Positions 36,420 to 44,790 of a stretch of DNA of 64,000 nucleotides are shown piece by piece. Under the pieces are notes generated by a model. It searched no databases. It had not been told where the DNA came from and saw only the letters and a program-made list of their open reading frames with translations. This stretch comes from Candidatus Aenigmatarchaeota archaeon. GTDB taxonomy: Archaea; Aenigmatarchaeota; Aenigmatarchaeia; GW2011-AR5. The first letter of the stretch is position 1. Each line of letters begins with the position of its first letter. The stretch is from the NCBI GenBank assembly GCA_016187335.1, contig JACPJW010000001.1, positions 800,001 through 864,000 of the forward strand, in the 5' to 3' direction. The position numbers and the translations under genes are program-made.

Positions 36420-37202
36420 TTACTTCTCCACGACCATGTGCCTCGCGGCGTCGCCGACGTTGCGGACCTCGACGACACTGATGCCCGCAATCCCGGTGAT
36501 GTTAGCGCTCTGCTGCTTGTACGTGACCTCGCAGTAATTGATGAAGCCCACGTTCCTGCATTCCCTCTGCCGCTTCAATTCCGTTGAGGTTGCCTGCCCT
36601 TTCGGGACAAGGAACATCGTAGCTCCGGCATCTTTTGCGGCCCTTGCTTTTTCAACTATGGCACCGACCCTGCCTATGCTTCCGTCCGGCTCTATTGTCC
36701 CCGTCATGAAGACGCTGCTGTTCAGCGTCTTGCTCTGCAAGGCAGCGATAACGGAAACAGCCATTGCCGCGCCTGCGGATGTCCCTTCAACTGCCGTGGC
36801 ATTGACCTCTATTGCATAGTTTATGTCTAAATTGCTGGTATCAATGCCGGTGTAGTTCCTTGCGACGTCCGCGGCGATTTTTGCCGACTGCTGGGTATCC
36901 AGGTAGGAAAGAACATTGCTCACGTCCACGGAAACGCCGCCCTTGCCGGGCTTCACCGTTGTCTTCAGTATCCCCACAACGCCGTTGCCTTTTGTATCTA
37001 CAGCCGGCAGGTATGTAACAACCTCCCTTTCGCCGTTCACAAAGCGGGCAAGGACTTTCGTTTCCGGCTTCTGCAGCGAGGATACGTAGATCCCCCCGAG
37101 GAATCCCGCCATCAGCGTGAACAGGATTATGAATGCAATGTCGCTTTTCTTCATGGAAATCACTTCAGAGTGGAAAGGAATTGTTCTGTTCTTGAATGGC
37201 AA
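36420..37202 (-). CDS. Membrane-anchored Lon-type S16 protease domain (no ATPase)
   Basis: N-terminal TM; AVEGTSAGAAMA (Ser), MTGTIEPDGSIGRVGAIVEK (Lys). Confidence 0.88.
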   Translation of the reverse strand: MPFKNRTIPFHSEVISMKKSDIAFIILFTLMAGFLGGIYVSSLQKPETKVLARFVNGEREVVTYLPAVDTKGNGVVGILKTTVKPGKGGVSVDVSNVLSYLDTQQSAKIAADVARNYTGIDTSNLDINYAIEVNATAVEGTSAGAAMAVSVIAALQSKTLNSSVFMTGTIEPDGSIGRVGAIVEKARAAKDAGATMFLVPKGQATSTELKRQRECRNVGFINYCEVTYKQQSANITGIAGISVVEVRNVGDAARHMVVEK

Positions 37203-37315
37203 TTCGCTTCCGTTTTGATTTTTTTGATGAAACTTTTTTCAGGGAAGAAACGCCTATTTTTCTATGCGGTAGCATCATTAATACAAGCGTTTCTGACATA
37301 TGCCATAAAAAGTTT

Positions 37316-37837
37316 CTAGCAGATTTTCTGGCCCTTCTCTTCCAGAATGCTGCCTTTTATGTACAAGGGAATTCCGTAGCGGCCCGCAAGCGCTATTGAA
37401 TCACTGGGCCTTGCGTCCAGCGCCAGCACGGAATTGCCGCGCCGGAAATAGATGGTTGCCTTGTAGATTTCCTCCTCAAACCTGTCTATGTTTATGCGCA
37501 AAACATGCACGTCGTAGTTGTCCAGAGCCTCCCTGAAAATGTCATGTGTGAGGGGCCTTTGCGAGGACGTGTTTGCCAGGCCGGTTGCTATTGAATAGGC
37601 CTGGTCCGGCGTCACTTCAAACTGTATCAGCCTGCATCCGTTCTTCAGGGATACGGTGTTGCCCTGTATGCTTGTTTCGGCTTCAATGAATCCCGGGCTT
37701 GCTGTGATGGCGCTTATGCTTGCCTGGTCGATTGCCTCCTCTACCGGGGCTATTCTGTACCTGGAGCCTATGCCGATGCCTATGAAAAAGGCCGCAGCAA
37801 CAAGGATTACCACCAGGACAAAGGAAAACCGCGTCAT
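37316..37837 (-). CDS. Bifunctional nuclease (DUF151/BFN) with N-terminal TM
   Basis: QAYSIA...RPLTHDIF...LDARPSDSIALAGR. Confidence 0.88.
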   Translation of the reverse strand: MTRFSFVLVVILVAAAFFIGIGIGSRYRIAPVEEAIDQASISAITASPGFIEAETSIQGNTVSLKNGCRLIQFEVTPDQAYSIATGLANTSSQRPLTHDIFREALDNYDVHVLRINIDRFEEEIYKATIYFRRGNSVLALDARPSDSIALAGRYGIPLYIKGSILEEKGQKIC

Positions 37838-37975
37838 AACCAGTAATAAAAGGCGGGGAATAAATTTAAGAGGTTAAAATGTCCCGATTAGCCAACTAAA
37901 TTGAATAAAAACGGGTTCTTCAACCAAAAACCGCGGCTTAACTAACCAAGAAAAAGGTTCCCGACTGCATTGAGC

Positions 37976-38086
37976 CTACGCGTATAAAAACGTCCTTTCG
38001 TCTTCAATCACCACGCCGCAGACCCTGCAGTAGGTCCATTCCCCGTCTTCTGCAAATTTGTCAGAGCCGCATTCCCTGCATTCCAT
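37976..38086 (-). CDS. 36-aa TFIIB-type Zn-ribbon microprotein (not in the ORF track)
   Basis: AGGTG upstream; MECRECGSDKFAEDGEWTYCRVCGVVIEDERTFLYA. Confidence 0.7.
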   Translation of the reverse strand: MECRECGSDKFAEDGEWTYCRVCGVVIEDERTFLYA

Positions 38087-38206
38087 GAAAGACACCTTTT
38101 GTGATTAAACTGAAACCATGAAGGAATCGCAACAGTTGAACTAATGAAAACTTTGCTGAATCCCCACAATCCCACGTGCAACCTTTTCACCATTCTTCTT
38201 TGACGG

Positions 38207-38338
38207 CTAAAATTCCACATATGCTATCAGCGAGCACGACAGGCATACGAACTCGCTTTCATCCACGTATATGCGCGTTGAAGAGCATCGCGGGCACTGG
38301 TTTGCAAACAGCAGTTCCCTTGACGTTATTTTGTACAT
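38207..38338 (-). CDS. 43-aa Zn-ribbon microprotein (not in the ORF track)
   Basis: GGTGA upstream; MYKITSRELLFANQCPRCSSTRIYVDESEFVCLSCSLIAYVEF. Confidence 0.65.
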   Translation of the reverse strand: MYKITSRELLFANQCPRCSSTRIYVDESEFVCLSCSLIAYVEF

Positions 38339-38425
38339 TTTTTCACCAGCCGAACCTTGTATTGTTTCCGTAATTTCTCCGTGTTCTCTGTAGTTTAATA
38401 CTAATTTTCGCTATATATACTCTTG

Positions 38426-38449
38426 TCTGTTACTGAAGTATGTAACAGA
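38426..38449. promoter_or_regulatory. Operator-like inverted repeat next to a TATA-like box
   Basis: TCTGTTAC-N8-GTAACAGA, just upstream (on the minus strand) of TATATATA at 38412-38419. Confidence 0.55.
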
Positions 38450-38619
38450 AAGTGTTGCCGTATACATGAAAAAATCCGCCAGAATCAGGCTTGAATTTCC
38501 ATAATTCCAGAATATTTTTCCTTTATAACAAATTTCTGTAACCAGCGTGGGAAACAAATGGGAACAAACAGTTTAAGAACCTTTCGCAACAAGAATTTTC
38601 AGGGTTCCTGGGTATTGGG

Positions 38620-38648
38620 CAACTTTTTAGAAAAAAGTTGCATCAAAA
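38620..38648. repeat. Hairpin+ATCAAAA motif copy
   Basis: CAACTTTTTAGAAAAAAGTTGCATCAAAA just before the TrmB ribosome-binding site. Confidence 0.85.
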
Positions 38649-38660
38649 GAGGGGTCTGAT

Positions 38661-39962
38661 GTGGACATTTCTTCTAAACTGAAGGATTTCGGGCTGACGG
38701 ACTACGAATCCAGGGTGTATACGGCCCTGCTCGGGCTGAAGCAGGCGAAGGTTTCAGATATAGCAAAAAATTGCAGCGTGCCGAGAAACAAGATATATTC
38801 CGTGGCGGAAAGCCTGCACAAGAAGGGCTTCGTTGAAATCGTTCCGGAAAAGGTGGCAAAATTCCGCGCAGTGCCTTTTGAAGAGGCGACGCAGGCATTC
38901 ATCAAAGAGCAGGAAGGCAGGCTGAAAAATCTGGAAGAAAACGCGAAAAAAATTTCCGCATTCCTGTCCTCGTTCGCGCCGGAAAAGAAGGAAGAAGACA
39001 GCAGCGGCGAGTTCCTGGTTTACAAGACCAAGAAGATGATTTACAAGAAGCTGAATGACATCATTCTGCAGGCCCAGTCAAGGATTTTCATCGCGGCCTC
39101 GTGGGAGGATGTCAACCGCGTCATGCCCGCGCTCAAGGCGGTTTCAAAAAAAGTGGACGTTAAAATCCTGTGCAATCTTACCGGGGACAACCTGGAAATG
39201 TGCATGAAAAGCTGCTGTCCCATTTCAGAGACACGCCACTATGAGAAGAACCTGCCTGAAAAGATAGTGGTTGTCGATGACAAGGAGGCACTGGTTTTCC
39301 AGGCTAACTCTCCTGTAGCTTTGTACAGCAAGGACCCCCAGTTCGTCGCATTCATGAAAAGATTCATGAACATGATCCTGGAAGACTCGGTAAGCGTAGA
39401 AGAAAGGGTAGCGGAAATAGAGACAGGAGTGCCGCGCGAAGAGGTAAAAATATTCCGCGGCGTTGAAAATATTTATGACGTCGCAAGAAAAGCCTCGTCT
39501 TCTGCAAAGAATCATATAATGAGGATAGCGACCGAAGGGACTTTCAACGACACCATGAAGCACGGCATTGTTGAGCTTGAGAAAAGACTGTCGGCGAAAG
39601 GCGTGAAAATAAGGTATATACTTCCGATAACCGAAGGCAGCCTCATGATGGTGAAGGAAGCCATGAAATTCGCCGAAGTGCGCCACATGGACTTCATTCC
39701 GATGCAGCTCAAGATCGTGGACGACGCCTACTGTTCGATGAGGCAGTGGGAAAGCATCGAGAAAGAGCCGGTGAACATAGTTTCAACATCCCCCGACTTT
39801 ATCGTGACCATGAAGCACTATTTCGAAAAGGTATGGTCCGACAGCATTCCTGCGGAAAAGCGCATCGCTGGCCTGCTCCTGAAGCAGCATGTGAAGAAAG
39901 AAACCGTAAAGAGCGGCATTTTCCCGGGCATGACGCCGGAAAAGCCCGATGTGAAGGAATAA
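38661..39962 (+). CDS. TrmB-family transcriptional regulator with two effector-binding domains
   Basis: LKDFGLTDYESRVYTALL...VPRNKIYSVAESLHKKGFV wHTH; two PLD-like effector repeats (VKILC...IVVVDDKE and VKIRYI...LKIVDDAY). Confidence 0.88.
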   Translation: MDISSKLKDFGLTDYESRVYTALLGLKQAKVSDIAKNCSVPRNKIYSVAESLHKKGFVEIVPEKVAKFRAVPFEEATQAFIKEQEGRLKNLEENAKKISAFLSSFAPEKKEEDSSGEFLVYKTKKMIYKKLNDIILQAQSRIFIAASWEDVNRVMPALKAVSKKVDVKILCNLTGDNLEMCMKSCCPISETRHYEKNLPEKIVVVDDKEALVFQANSPVALYSKDPQFVAFMKRFMNMILEDSVSVEERVAEIETGVPREEVKIFRGVENIYDVARKASSSAKNHIMRIATEGTFNDTMKHGIVELEKRLSAKGVKIRYILPITEGSLMMVKEAMKFAEVRHMDFIPMQLKIVDDAYCSMRQWESIEKEPVNIVSTSPDFIVTMKHYFEKVWSDSIPAEKRIAGLLLKQHVKKETVKSGIFPGMTPEKPDVKE

Positions 39963-39975
39963 ATCCGCAATGTTT

Positions 39976-40095
39976 CTTTATCTAAGATGAACATTGAAAA
40001 CTTCTGACTTTAGTCAGAAGATGAAACTCAATGTTCATCTGGATCCCATCTTCTCACAAACCACCGACTTTAGTCGGTGGTATACAAAGAAGATG
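39976..40095 (+). mobile_element. Palindromic element, copy C (diverged, compensatory changes)
   Basis: Same architecture as copy B; hairpins CTTCTGACTTTAGTCAGAAG (40001-40020) and ACCACCGACTTTAGTCGGTGGT (40060-40081). Confidence 0.7.
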
Positions 40096-40322
40096 TGATA
40101 CATATGCGTGAAAGACGAGGTAAATACAGAAAACTTCGTGCCCCGGAACAGATGGAACTTTTCCTGGAATTTCCGGAAAGACCGCTCTGGGAAGAAGAAT
40201 GAAATCTGCAGGAAAGCCCGGAAGACGCCTTCAAAACTTTCAGAAAGTTATCAGAAACGCAGGACGGATTCGGGCTTGGCGCACATTAAAAACTTTCTTT
40301 CATTAATTCTATTGGTCATTCT

Positions 40323-41120
40323 ATGCCCTCCGTCGAAGAAGTCATCAAAGCCGAGCGCGACAAAAGGATGCTCCAGCAGAAGGAGCGCGTTGCCGAGAAC
40401 CTGAAAGGCGTCAAGCGCCGCATTGCAGTGATGTCCGGCAAGGGCGGCGTGGGCAAGACCACTGTGGCAGTGAATATAGCGGCGCTTTTGGCTGAGAAGC
40501 ACAAAGTAGGCCTTTTTGACATTGACATTGACTGCCCGAACGTCGGGAAATTTTTGGGCATAACGGAAAAGGTGAGCGTGGACGCCGGCAACAGGATAAA
40601 TCCCATAGAGAAGCACGGCATGAAGGTTTTGTCCATGGCTTTCCTGCAGGGCGACGAGAAGCAGTCAGTGATATGGCGCGGGCCCATCATAAGCAACGCT
40701 ATATTGCAGTTCATGGAAAAAACAAACTGGGGCGATCTGGATTATCTGTTCTGCGACATGCCCCCTGGGACTTCGGACGCTGCCCTTACAATGATTCAGC
40801 TGGTCGGCATAGACGCTGCCCTGATTGTCTCGACGCCGCAGACAGCAGCGATAACGGATGCAAGGAAAGCAATAGACATGTGCAGGCATATGGCTGTGCC
40901 TGTTCTTGGAATCGTCGAGAACATGTCCGGGTTTTTCGGCAGCAGGATCGAGCAGATCGCAAAGGAAGAAGGCATTCATTTTTTAGGGAGCATTGAGCTG
41001 AGAAAAGATATTGCCGAGCTTTCCGACCTTGGGCTGCTGCCCGTCAAGGAAAGCGCAGAGGCGCGCAGGATTTTCGAGGAAATTTTAAACAACTTTCCTG
41101 ATGAATACAAGGTGAAGTAA
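40323..41120 (+). CDS. apbC: Mrp/NBP35 (ApbC) Fe-S cluster carrier ATPase
   Basis: MSGKGGVGKT, DIDIDCP, WRGP, DMPPGTSD, STPQ, GIVENMS. Confidence 0.92.
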   Translation: MPSVEEVIKAERDKRMLQQKERVAENLKGVKRRIAVMSGKGGVGKTTVAVNIAALLAEKHKVGLFDIDIDCPNVGKFLGITEKVSVDAGNRINPIEKHGMKVLSMAFLQGDEKQSVIWRGPIISNAILQFMEKTNWGDLDYLFCDMPPGTSDAALTMIQLVGIDAALIVSTPQTAAITDARKAIDMCRHMAVPVLGIVENMSGFFGSRIEQIAKEEGIHFLGSIELRKDIAELSDLGLLPVKESAEARRIFEEILNNFPDEYKVK

Positions 41121-41121
41121 T

Positions 41122-41652
41122 ATCAATTGGAGAACAGTAGAAAGGCCTGGTCAGTTCGGAAAGAAAAGAGAAGAAATTTTTCGCGATTATGAGTCAAGAT
41201 ACGGCAGTGGCAACTATCGCATAGTATGGCAATGGAGTGGAATTGTTGTTCCTTATGAAATCGCCTCTCACTTATACGAAGACGGATTTTACTGGGATTC
41301 CATAAGACGTGAAAAATTGTGGAGAAATCTTTTGTAGGAAGCGAGGAATGTCTACGATAATCAGGAAAGCGATGTTGAGTCAGGACTGATTTATCCTCCG
41401 TTTGAAGCAGCTACTCATTTACACGACATATCGATAAGGCGCGTCATTCTGAGAAGGGGCTGGAAATTCGAAGGTGACAAATTAGTCCAGATAAAAAGTC
41501 ATAGCGATTGGAAAGCTCTGAGCCCTGGGAGGGTTCGTTTCCATCTGCCGGAATTAATCGTAGACCCTCACTTGAAAGTGTGGTGGGATTATGATTCTAT
41601 CGAGGATTTTTACCAGAGTAATAAGCTTCTGCAGGTTAGGGTATCCCACTAA
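41122..41652 (+). pseudogene. Interrupted 176-codon hypothetical gene (ATC start, in-frame TAG)
   Basis: AGGTGA 6 nt before ATC; NWRTVERPGQFGKKR...LWRNLL*EARNVYDN...DFYQSNKLLQVRVSH; TAG at 41335-41337. Confidence 0.7.
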
Positions 41653-41720
41653 ATTCTCCTTAAAATCATTTTCCCATTCCAAATCTTTAATAACATCTTC
41701 TGGACATATTAAATCAGCTT

Positions 41721-42164
41721 GTGGTGGATATGAGGGTTTACACAATAGAAGAGGCCAGCCAGCTTGTGCCTTTCCTGGAAAGAACCTTTGAGGGCATCTT
41801 CGCGCTCAACACAAAGATAAAGATGGTCTCAAGGGACATAGACAACTTAATCAGCATATGGGGCAACGAAATATTCGAGAAAAGCAACGTCGACAACGAG
41901 TACTACAAGGAAAAAACAAAGCAAAGAGAGCAGCTGATCAGGGAAATGGCTTCTGAAGTGCAGAAGATACAGGACATGGGTTGCATCGTGAAGGACGTGG
42001 ACGTGGGCCTGGTCGACTTCCACTACGACAATTACGGAGAGCTGGTTTTTTTATGCTGGAAGTTCGGCGAGAAGGAAATTCTTTACTGGCATCCGATGTC
42101 GCAGGGCTACAGGAACAGGCGCAGCGTAGACGAGCTGCTGGCGATGAGGAAGAGGACACCATAA
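41721..42164 (+). CDS. DUF2203-family protein
   Basis: YTIEEASQLVP, GCIVKDVDVGLVDF, FLCWKFGEKEILYWH. Confidence 0.85.
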   Translation: MVDMRVYTIEEASQLVPFLERTFEGIFALNTKIKMVSRDIDNLISIWGNEIFEKSNVDNEYYKEKTKQREQLIREMASEVQKIQDMGCIVKDVDVGLVDFHYDNYGELVFLCWKFGEKEILYWHPMSQGYRNRRSVDELLAMRKRTP

Positions 42165-42176
42165 TTCATAGATTTC

Positions 42177-42878
42177 TCATAAAATTCCGTCTGGTTCTCT
42201 CCAAACTCTGTATTCTCCCTGACTTATTATTCTTCTTAATGTCGTCTCTATGTCAACATGCGCAGCATGAAGACAACCTGTTATATCTTCCATCCTTTGA
42301 GATGGAAGATTGAGGTCAGCGTCTTCACCCATTACAAATATCTTTTCCCTGTCAAGATAAGGCATAATGCCAACAGGCCGGAAACCAGATTCCTCGCCAA
42401 GTTTTTCCCGCAGGACATATTCAACACGACCAAGTCTTCCAACCAGCCTGCATCCTTTATCTCCGACAACAAGGAAATGAGTAGGCAAGTCCATATCCCA
42501 TCCATGTCCTCCATGAAAATACACAGGCATGATCTCCCTTGGGTCAACATCTATTGCGTAGGCACGAAACACCTGCGGTCGCTCGCCATCTTCGAACTCA
42601 TCAAACTCCAGCAATATTCCTCCATGAAAAGAGGAAACGCCCGCTATCAGGTCATGCCCTTCGGTATCCGTTCCCGCAACAACTTTTCCATTATCATATC
42701 CGGTTTTATGAGCCAATGATGTGACTTTTCCCAAGTCAGTTGTATAGATAACTCTTCCTTTTCCGAACTTTTCAGCCGCTTCAGCCTGATAAGAAGGAAC
42801 TGCAATCACAGCGTTTCCATGCCCAATGAATTCTTCTCCAAATTTTACAAAATTTGGTATACCTGTTGTTCCTGACAT
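42177..42878 (-). CDS. Hypothetical protein (AT-rich orphan)
   Basis: 233-aa ORF. Confidence 0.6.
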   Translation of the reverse strand: MSGTTGIPNFVKFGEEFIGHGNAVIAVPSYQAEAAEKFGKGRVIYTTDLGKVTSLAHKTGYDNGKVVAGTDTEGHDLIAGVSSFHGGILLEFDEFEDGERPQVFRAYAIDVDPREIMPVYFHGGHGWDMDLPTHFLVVGDKGCRLVGRLGRVEYVLREKLGEESGFRPVGIMPYLDREKIFVMGEDADLNLPSQRMEDITGCLHAAHVDIETTLRRIISQGEYRVWREPDGIL

Positions 42879-42995
42879 ATCTGAATATCCAACAATAAAT
42901 CATTTAAAAATTAAGCCAGCATTCTTCCGTGATTCTTCCGTGATTGGTTTTTCGCCGCCGAGAAATTTATAAGCTCTCCAGCAGTTAGAGATTCA

Positions 42996-43277
42996 ATGGC
43001 AATAATCGCGCTTCCCCGCACAGAAGTATCGGAACGGCCCGAAAGAAATGGATGGCTCTCATATATCACACCGCCGCAGGGATTCTGGGGAGCTTTCGAC
43101 GAAATCGTGTCCTTCTTTACTCTTGCCCAAAAATTCCATCGCGAATACGGAAGCGGCCTTGACAGCCGGAGGGAAAAAGTTTATCATTACGCGTCATTGG
43201 CGCTTCTTGAAGCAGCCGCGGACGGGCCGAAGGTTGCATTACTTTATGCATACGTAACGCAGCATTTTATGCGCTGA
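42996..43277 (+). CDS. Hypothetical protein
   Basis: 93-aa ORF preceded by TTTATAA. Confidence 0.45.
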   Translation: MAIIALPRTEVSERPERNGWLSYITPPQGFWGAFDEIVSFFTLAQKFHREYGSGLDSRREKVYHYASLALLEAAADGPKVALLYAYVTQHFMR

Positions 43278-43383
43278 ACCATAAGTCCTTCATACATTAC
43301 CTATAACGCATAAGCCATGCATTCTTTTTCTTTCTCCGCGCTTTCCCGGAACCTTTTTATCCTTTCGTTGCGGTTTACTATGT

Positions 43384-43797
43384 ATGTCCGCAGATATGTC
43401 TGTTGACCGACATAGTGTGGCTGAGGAATACATAAAATGGCCGGCTGCTTCGCAGCCCGCATCGGAAATAGAGCTGGGCATCCTGCAGATGCAGATTCTT
43501 TGGCTGCTTTCGCGCAAGAGCACCCACGGCTACGAGCTGATGAAATCGCTCAGCATCCTCAAGGGCACTTCAATAACCCAGGGAACCCTGTATCCCACGC
43601 TGAAGCGGCTGGAGGAGCTGGGCCTGATAAAGGGCGCTGAAGCGGACAGGAAGGTTGTTTACCACATAACGGCGAAAGGCAGGAAAACAATAAACGACTC
43701 CTGCCTGGAATTCGTGAAAACGTTCTACGGCATCTTCCATGATTTCGCGTGCCAGTCCTGCTCGTTTTACGAGCACCACAAGGGCGAGAAGAAGTAA
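43384..43797 (+). CDS. PadR-family regulator with a Cys/His-rich tail (start uncertain)
   Basis: QILWLLSRKSTHGYELMK...QGTLYPTLKRLEELGLI...YHITAKG; tail C..FACQSCSFYEHH. Confidence 0.88.
   Translation: MSADMSVDRHSVAEEYIKWPAASQPASEIELGILQMQILWLLSRKSTHGYELMKSLSILKGTSITQGTLYPTLKRLEELGLIKGAEADRKVVYHITAKGRKTINDSCLEFVKTFYGIFHDFACQSCSFYEHHKGEKK
43395..43414. promoter_or_regulatory. PadR-type operator candidate
   Basis: TATGTC-N8-GACATA inverted repeat at the 5' end of the padR-suf operon. Confidence 0.55.
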
Positions 43798-43820
43798 CAT
43801 GCTGAATTTTTGGTGAAAAT

Positions 43821-44597
43821 ATGAGCGAACAAAAAACGCTGCAGAAGCACGTCCTGGAAATAAGGAACCTTTACGCATCCGTTGACGGCAAGGAGATACT
43901 GAAAGGGCTGGATTTGACCGTCAGGAGCGGGGAAGTCCACGCCCTGATGGGACCCAACGGCTCGGGCAAAAGCACGCTGGCATATGTTTTGCTGGGCCAC
44001 CCCAAATATTCGGTAAGCGGCGGCGAGATTCTTTTTGACAATGAAAATATCCTGGAGATGAGCCCCAATGAACGCGCAAAGCGCGGCTTGTTTTTAGCGT
44101 TTCAGTATCCTGTTCCCGTGCCGGGTGTCGGGCTTTTCAATTTCCTGAGAACCGCTTACAACGCTGTCAGCGGGAATGAGATGCCGCCTATGGAGTTCAA
44201 AAAACTGCTGGACGAGAAAATGCGCCTGCTGGGACTGGATGCTTCCTTTTCGGCGAGGCATCTCAACGACGGCTTTTCCGGCGGCGAAAAAAAGCGCTGC
44301 GAGATTTTGCAGATGGCTCTGCTCAACCCGAAGATAGCTGTCCTTGACGAAACCGATTCCGGGCTGGACATAGACGCCCTGAGGATAGTCGCGGAGGGAA
44401 TAAACAGCATGTCGTCCCGGGAAAACGGCGTGTTATTGATAACCCACTACAACAGGATCCTGAAATACATAAAGCCGGACCATGTGCACATAATGAAAAA
44501 CGGCAGGATTGTGAAAAGCGGCGGCGAAAAGCTTGCGCAGCAGCTGGAAGAGAAAGGATATGACTGGATAAAAGATGAGGAGATAGATGATGAGTAA
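43821..44597 (+). CDS. sufC: Fe-S assembly ABC ATPase SufC
   Basis: [40 protein letters not shown]. Confidence 0.96.
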   Translation: MSEQKTLQKHVLEIRNLYASVDGKEILKGLDLTVRSGEVHALMGPNGSGKSTLAYVLLGHPKYSVSGGEILFDNENILEMSPNERAKRGLFLAFQYPVPVPGVGLFNFLRTAYNAVSGNEMPPMEFKKLLDEKMRLLGLDASFSARHLNDGFSGGEKKRCEILQMALLNPKIAVLDETDSGLDIDALRIVAEGINSMSSRENGVLLITHYNRILKYIKPDHVHIMKNGRIVKSGGEKLAQQLEEKGYDWIKDEEIDDE

Positions 44598-44790
44598 AGA
44601 CCAGATAAAACCGAATTTTGGAAATCAGAGAGTTCATGATTCATTCAGCATTGCGTTAGAATATTGGTCAAGAGATGGCAATGGCCCCTTTTCATTGGCG
44701 CTCCGTATACCCAGAGGTTATATGGAAAGAAGATTATGGGAACTGCCATATGATCAACTAGAAGCTAGGGAAGGGAACGACCATGACTGA
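44587..44790 (+). CDS. 67-aa orphan inserted between sufC and sufB
   Basis: Overlaps both the sufC stop and the sufB start; AT-richer. Confidence 0.55.
   Translation: MMSKDQIKPNFGNQRVHDSFSIALEYWSRDGNGPFSLALRIPRGYMERRLWELPYDQLEAREGNDHD

Noticed and set aside
40104-40202. 32-aa ORF MRERRGKYRKLRAPEQMELFLEFPERPLWEEE
   Set aside because: Plausible, but it has only a weak ribosome-binding site, no motif, and sits beside a repeat; not enough support
41335-41337. Genome-wide amber recoding or pyrrolysine
   Set aside because: TAG terminates clearly intact genes here (for example mre11, the CPA2 antiporter, the Rieske protein, rpl39e), and no pyl genes are seen
42921-42945. Short direct repeat ATTCTTCCGTG x2
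   Set aside because: Only two 11-nt copies, with no recurrence elsewhere in the window
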